A DNA stretch of 28,177 nt from Lachnospiraceae bacterium (GTDB taxonomy: Bacteria > Bacillota > Clostridia > Lachnospirales > Lachnospiraceae). The notes under the pieces were generated by a model that was given only the letters and a program-made list of their open reading frames with translations, was not told where the DNA came from and did no database searches. This document shows positions 24,008-28,177 of this stretch, one piece after another. The stretch covers positions 1-28,177 of the forward strand of contig JBNMJJ010000002.1 of assembly GCA_050873745.1 (NCBI GenBank). Reading direction: 5' to 3'. Position 1 is the first letter of the stretch; each line of letters opens with the position of its first letter. The position numbers and the translations under genes were made by a program.

Positions 24008-26962
24008 ATGGATAAAACATGGAAACTATTTGAGAGTGTAGCCTATGAGTATGTTTCACAGTTGTATAAAAAAACTATAAAAAGTGAACATACTGTAGAT
24101 TCGCATGATTCAGGATATGATGGCATATGGATCATTCCCTCTGACAATAAAGCATTATATAAGAAAATAATGATGGAAGCCAAATACAGAGAATCGCAGT
24201 CTTCATTACCATTAAATGATTGCGCAAAGGCTATTATTATTGCTTTTAATTCTTCTGCTAATAAATTGTATATTGCTACTAATATAGAATTAGCACCACA
24301 AACCAAAGAACAAATTAAAAATTTTAATAATAGAACAGCATTAGCAATAGTAAGCGTAGACAATATAAAACTTAAAAATTATATTCATAATAATAAAACA
24401 TATTTGGTAAAAGCCTGTAAGACAAAAGAATCTCGCTTATCTGATTTAGAAAGTAAAATTGTTTCCCTGCCCACAAAAGAAAATAATCAAATAAACAAAT
24501 CTTTGACAAAAGACACTTGTTTACTTGATACTCAAAGGCAGGAACTCATATCAAATATAGTGAATGAGGTCTGTATTTCAAACAAGAAAATTATTCTTTC
24601 CGGTGCTGAGGGAATCGGGAAAAGTGTACTCATTGATAAAATATGTGATGAATTACAGAAAAAGAAGTTTGACACACAAAAAATTGATTTGAGTTTGTGC
24701 ACTAGTTCCAGAATATTGTATTTAAAAGTCTTAGAAGCAGTGTGGGGTGTTTCATTAGATGCCATATTGAAAGATACAGATTTAAGCACATATATAGATA
24801 GATTAATAGCAATAAAGGAGAAGTGTATTGATCCTGATATCTCAAATGCTGTTAAGCATATTATGGTAATGAATATTTATGAGTATGAAGGAGCAAATGA
24901 TATTTATCGGTATTATTTACTCAAGTATTTAAACGCTATGCTACAAGATAAAAGTGGATATTTTCATTTGGCAGTTTTTTTTGAAAATGTGGATTCGCTT
25001 TCTATAGAATGTGTAGACTTTTTCCTAGAACTTATTGAGCAAATGAAAAATAATGGAATAAGGATTCTTCTTGAACTCAGAAAGCCGTTTATGCTGACGG
25101 ATGATATTAAGAGTTCTAATGATTACTATAAAATAATCAAGAAAAACGCTCTTGTACATTCCGTGGAGCCATTATCTGAAGACTTAATTTATAAATTTAT
25201 TAGAAAATATATTAAATTGGATAAAGATTCCTGTAAACAATTCAGTGATATGCTGGAAGACAACCCGCTTAAAATTAAAAACGCATTAGAGTATCTTAAA
25301 CAGACTTCAGTAAATGTAAATGTTAGGGAACTGAAGAAGATGTCAAATGAGGAACGCGAAATTTTTTGGAATGATCGAGGTATTGATGCCAATAGAGAAG
25401 CAGTTTCTCTGATTTCAAAATACAGAACAAATTCTTTAATCTCAGAATTGCTAGAAATGGCATTGCTTTTGAACGGCGAAATTCCCTATTTACTGTTAAG
25501 CGATTATTGGGGAACGCAGACAGATGAAATATATGAGTTTGCCATTGATAGTAGATTGTTTAAGCTTAAAGATAATAATCTTCAGTGCGCCCATTTGCGG
25601 TTTTTATCAGCAATAAAGACAACTTTGCAACCATTAGAACGAATGAAAGCAGCACAAAAATTATTGCCCATTATACAAGAGAAAAGTGATGCCAAGTATC
25701 CATTTATCCAGTTAGAATTACTATATATATTAGAACAAGATAATAATATTGGTGATTATACAATGTATGTTATGTCGCTGTATGAAGACTCGCAACAATA
25801 CAAACAATCAATAGCAGTTGGCAAAAAATATATTGAAAGAGTAGATAATAAAAGGATACTTTCAACTAGCGAAAAAAGTATGAGGGTACATGTTTTAATA
25901 AAAATGTTACATTGTATATATGAACTTCATGCAGATAATGAAAAGGAGTATGAATATTTCTATCAAATAGCAAAAGAATCAATTATACTACACGTTCCTG
26001 ATTATACATCCTGCAAGGAATGGTATGAATATTCTTTATTCACATGGCATAAAAAATTTATAGCCGGATTGTTTGATGACGCATATCGGATTAGTAAAGA
26101 ACTATATGATAATTTGCCAAATATATTTTGTATTTTTGATTTGAACGATGATATCGCAGGGCGTATATATTCTGCACATGGATTATCTTTAAAAATGCTT
26201 GAAGGAGGGGATGCCGCCACAAATCTTTTTAAAGAAGGAATTGAAAAATATCCTGAGTCATATAACGCTCGCGCCGCCTATTTATCGCAAGAAGGAAATC
26301 GCCTGCTTAAGGAAAAACCATTAGAGGCAGTAAAAAAATATAGTGAACTTTTAGATACTGTAAAAGGGAAAGCCTATCCATTTTTGGAAATTATACATAC
26401 AAGAATTGATATTGCTATGTCTAATTTCTTGGCACAAGAATATGACATTGCAAAAATATGGGCTGAGGAAGGATTAAGTATTGCCTCTACACTAGGTATT
26501 CATATTCAAAAGGGAAGGGCATTAAATATATTAGGTTGCTGTAAAGTGGCTAATGGCAAATATATAGAAGGGTTGAATCTTCTTAAAGAAAGTGATTTTT
26601 ATTTGGAGCTTTCAGGAGCCGCTATTTATAGATGGAGAGTCCTGCTGAACCAAGCAAGTGTATTATTCGACAAAGGCGATAAAAAGGAAGCAAAAGTCCT
26701 GATTCTACAGGTAGTAAATATATTGTTGTCTGATTTTACCAAGAAAATAAAATCAGACAACATATCAGTGCCCTATCAAAGTTTATTATTGATATTAATG
26801 TATTTACATGAGCTAGAAGAGGACGTAGAAAGCATTTTAATCCAGCTTGAAGGTATTTCGATACGGAATGATTTTAACCAGCTTTGTCAGACAATAAATT
26901 GGAAAAATTGCTTTCAGAATAAGGTAAAATACTGTAACGGCGTAGTATTAGTGACTGGCTGA
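24008..26962 (+). CDS. Mrr-like PD-(D/E)xK nuclease / AAA_16-type STAND NTPase / TPR-like repeat protein (Avs-like architecture)
   Basis: AGGTG (23997-24001) lies 6 nt before ATG 24008; the track starts at GTG 23999. The N-terminus reads FESVAYEYVSQLY...DSGYDGIW...IMMEAKYR...IATN, which is Mrr_cat-like (D41 at 24119-24121, E60-A-K62 at 24176-24184). Walker A is GAEGIGKS (24602-24625). The Walker B region LAVFFENVDSLSIECVDFFLELI (from 24968) resembles AAA_16 (vlDDlhwaD.aSl.lL). The C-terminal ~400 aa is helical and repeat-like. Confidence 0.75.
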   Translation: MDKTWKLFESVAYEYVSQLYKKTIKSEHTVDSHDSGYDGIWIIPSDNKALYKKIMMEAKYRESQSSLPLNDCAKAIIIAFNSSANKLYIATNIELAPQTKEQIKNFNNRTALAIVSVDNIKLKNYIHNNKTYLVKACKTKESRLSDLESKIVSLPTKENNQINKSLTKDTCLLDTQRQELISNIVNEVCISNKKIILSGAEGIGKSVLIDKICDELQKKKFDTQKIDLSLCTSSRILYLKVLEAVWGVSLDAILKDTDLSTYIDRLIAIKEKCIDPDISNAVKHIMVMNIYEYEGANDIYRYYLLKYLNAMLQDKSGYFHLAVFFENVDSLSIECVDFFLELIEQMKNNGIRILLELRKPFMLTDDIKSSNDYYKIIKKNALVHSVEPLSEDLIYKFIRKYIKLDKDSCKQFSDMLEDNPLKIKNALEYLKQTSVNVNVRELKKMSNEEREIFWNDRGIDANREAVSLISKYRTNSLISELLEMALLLNGEIPYLLLSDYWGTQTDEIYEFAIDSRLFKLKDNNLQCAHLRFLSAIKTTLQPLERMKAAQKLLPIIQEKSDAKYPFIQLELLYILEQDNNIGDYTMYVMSLYEDSQQYKQSIAVGKKYIERVDNKRILSTSEKSMRVHVLIKMLHCIYELHADNEKEYEYFYQIAKESIILHVPDYTSCKEWYEYSLFTWHKKFIAGLFDDAYRISKELYDNLPNIFCIFDLNDDIAGRIYSAHGLSLKMLEGGDAATNLFKEGIEKYPESYNARAAYLSQEGNRLLKEKPLEAVKKYSELLDTVKGKAYPFLEIIHTRIDIAMSNFLAQEYDIAKIWAEEGLSIASTLGIHIQKGRALNILGCCKVANGKYIEGLNLLKESDFYLELSGAAIYRWRVLLNQASVLFDKGDKKEAKVLILQVVNILLSDFTKKIKSDNISVPYQSLLLILMYLHELEEDVESILIQLEGISIRNDFNQLCQTINWKNCFQNKVKYCNGVVLVTG

Positions 26963-28177
26963 TTATTGGAATATCTGCAGCAGGATGTCACTTCTCTTTT
27001 TTAATGATGCGGAAATAGGGTTTAAACGTGCTGCTTCTGATACCAATTCTTTGCAAATACCTAAAAGGAGCCATCCTCCAAGTATTGAGTTCGAAATATG
27101 CAAAATAGGAACTGCTTTAAGTATATTTTCCCATAAATTTATTGTTTCTTTTGAAACATAGTTTTTTGCTACAAAAGTAAGAAGAAAGTCAGCATAATCA
27201 ATTCCAGGCCAGCCTGGATGAAGTTTTTCGTTATCCAGTAAAATAGTCTGCGGATTAAAAATAAGATTTTTGTAATCGAATCCGCCGTGATTTAATACTG
27301 GTTGCAGATTAGATTCTTCCAACGAAAGCGTGCTTGCTACATGAAATACTTTTGGATATATTGACATAATAAGCTTCTGTTGTACTGTGGATAAAAGGTT
27401 GTAATAATGGTTCCAACGCAATAATTCTACCCGGAGGGAATAATCATTATAATAATATTGCCATGGATAATTAGAGGATACTATTTTTTTGTACAAATTA
27501 TCAATTTTTTGATAATTTGTTTTTTGTTGTATTAGTTTATTTAGATTTTGCATGCATTTTGGGTCAGAAAGAGGATTACTCTCATAAAAATTATTTATCG
27601 CATGTAGTGCATGGGTTAATTGCTGTTCCAAAGGAAGTTCTATGTTCTCATATTTCTCCCTAATGAGTGCATGTCTTGGTCCATGCTTTCCTAACAACGC
27701 TGGAATTCCGTGAAATGCAGTTGCTCCAAGTTCGGCACGGTAACGCTTTATGGAACTAATAACTGTTGGTTGTTCTTTTTCTTCTGACCAGAGGGAAGAG
27801 TAATTCATTCGGTCATAGGGCATTTTTATAAAGTAATTTCTATTAGAGCATTCTACAGTCCAGCTTGCAGAAGAACTATTTGAGCAATTAACAATGGAAA
27901 TAACATCTGTAATTCTGTTATCATGCATAATCTGTAAAATATCAGATTTGTCAACCAAATACATATTAAATGGATAAGTTAATGGTATTCTGAAATTAGG
28001 ATTTAATTCAGGCTTTTTATGAGAGTCTTCCTTAAATTCATTGCCTTCAATTGCAGCTGTATAGGAGGCTAAATGTTTATTTCTAAAGTTCCAGTTTTTT
28101 AAAGTGTCTAGCCCAGTCTGTCGGGCTTGCTGCCCCATACAGTTTGACAGGTAAGGTTGTTTTATAAAGTGTTCCAT
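26963..28177 (-). CDS. Protein-kinase-like fold (APH/CotS-type phosphotransferase) protein with an atypical catalytic loop
   Basis: The ATG sits at the very window edge, so upstream context is unseen. The beta3-like segment is NYFIKM. The catalytic loop VLNHGGFDYKNLIF (27266-27289) corresponds to hHGDxxxxNhh. ILLDNEKL...GWPGIDYADFLL corresponds to the APH motif hhDxE....g.p..DhA. Confidence 0.5.
   Translation of the reverse strand: MEHFIKQPYLSNCMGQQARQTGLDTLKNWNFRNKHLASYTAAIEGNEFKEDSHKKPELNPNFRIPLTYPFNMYLVDKSDILQIMHDNRITDVISIVNCSNSSSASWTVECSNRNYFIKMPYDRMNYSSLWSEEKEQPTVISSIKRYRAELGATAFHGIPALLGKHGPRHALIREKYENIELPLEQQLTHALHAINNFYESNPLSDPKCMQNLNKLIQQKTNYQKIDNLYKKIVSSNYPWQYYYNDYSLRVELLRWNHYYNLLSTVQQKLIMSIYPKVFHVASTLSLEESNLQPVLNHGGFDYKNLIFNPQTILLDNEKLHPGWPGIDYADFLLTFVAKNYVSKETINLWENILKAVPILHISNSILGGWLLLGICKELVSEAARLNPISASLKKRSDILLQIFQ

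Noticed and set aside
22975-26220. Antisense track ORFs within the SbnA-like gene (22975..23247+, 23613..23885+) and the STAND gene (24043..24363-, 24532..24789-, 25189..25392-, 26002..26220-).
   Set aside because: These are shadow ORFs inside long genes with clear motifs. They have no independent translation signals.
1-28177. Looked for CRISPR arrays, tRNA/rRNA/tmRNA genes, reverse-transcriptase/retron or DGR signatures, and restriction-modification genes.
   Set aside because: I found no regularly spaced direct repeats with unique spacers. I found no tRNA-like T-arm (GGTTCGAATCC-type) or rRNA sequence. No RT motifs (YxDD) appear in any long ORF, and no methyltransferase motifs were recognised. 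I cannot exclude small structured RNAs by eye.

Overview
The window looks like a Firmicutes chromosome. Clostridia or Lachnospiraceae is a guess from protein sequence flavour and gene order only.

**1. Housekeeping block (1-8651).** This is an intact, GC-richer, plus-strand block: tig (partial), clpP, clpX, lon, engB, a YtvI/AI-2E-like permease, truA and a VanZ-like gene. Nothing here is unusual.

**2. Transition zone (8651-10620).** It is repeat-rich. An orphan PD-(D/E)xK nuclease-fold gene is bracketed by two collinear ~105-bp direct repeats that carry GGGCAT/ATGCCC hairpins. The zone ends in an orphan 12-codon pyrE-like 5' fragment.

**3. AT-rich accessory island (about 10620 to the window end).** The sequence becomes visibly AT-rich and mosaic.
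- **Decaying module:** an ICE/phage-like regulatory module holds two DNABII/HU-like genes, a small Cys-rich ORF, an HTH protein and a sigma-70-like factor. Three consecutive genes after them each carry one frame disruption.
- **Toxin-antitoxin operon:** an HTH, antitoxin and PIN operon sits behind a near-consensus promoter.
- **IS element:** an IS256-family element has no target-site duplication.
- **DUF4062-like gene:** it has an in-frame TAG and no usable start. An XRE regulator lies next to it.
- **MerR regulator:** it has a 19-bp-spacer promoter.
- **Type I toxin:** an unannotated 39-aa holin-like toxin has a candidate convergent sRNA and 12-nt complementarity between its 5' and 3' UTRs.
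- **Recombinase:** a lone Xer-like tyrosine recombinase follows 715 bp that contain no track ORF (no ORF of 60 aa or more).

**4. Best candidate for an undescribed system (22991-28177).** Three genes are tightly packed:
- an SbnA-like PLP enzyme (minus strand);
- a ~984-aa protein with an Mrr-like nuclease, an AAA_16-type STAND NTPase and TPR-like repeats (plus strand);
- an APH/CotS-like kinase-fold protein with HGG in place of HGD (minus strand).

I saw no rRNA, tRNA or CRISPR array. All family assignments come from reading motifs and from memory; no searches were run.
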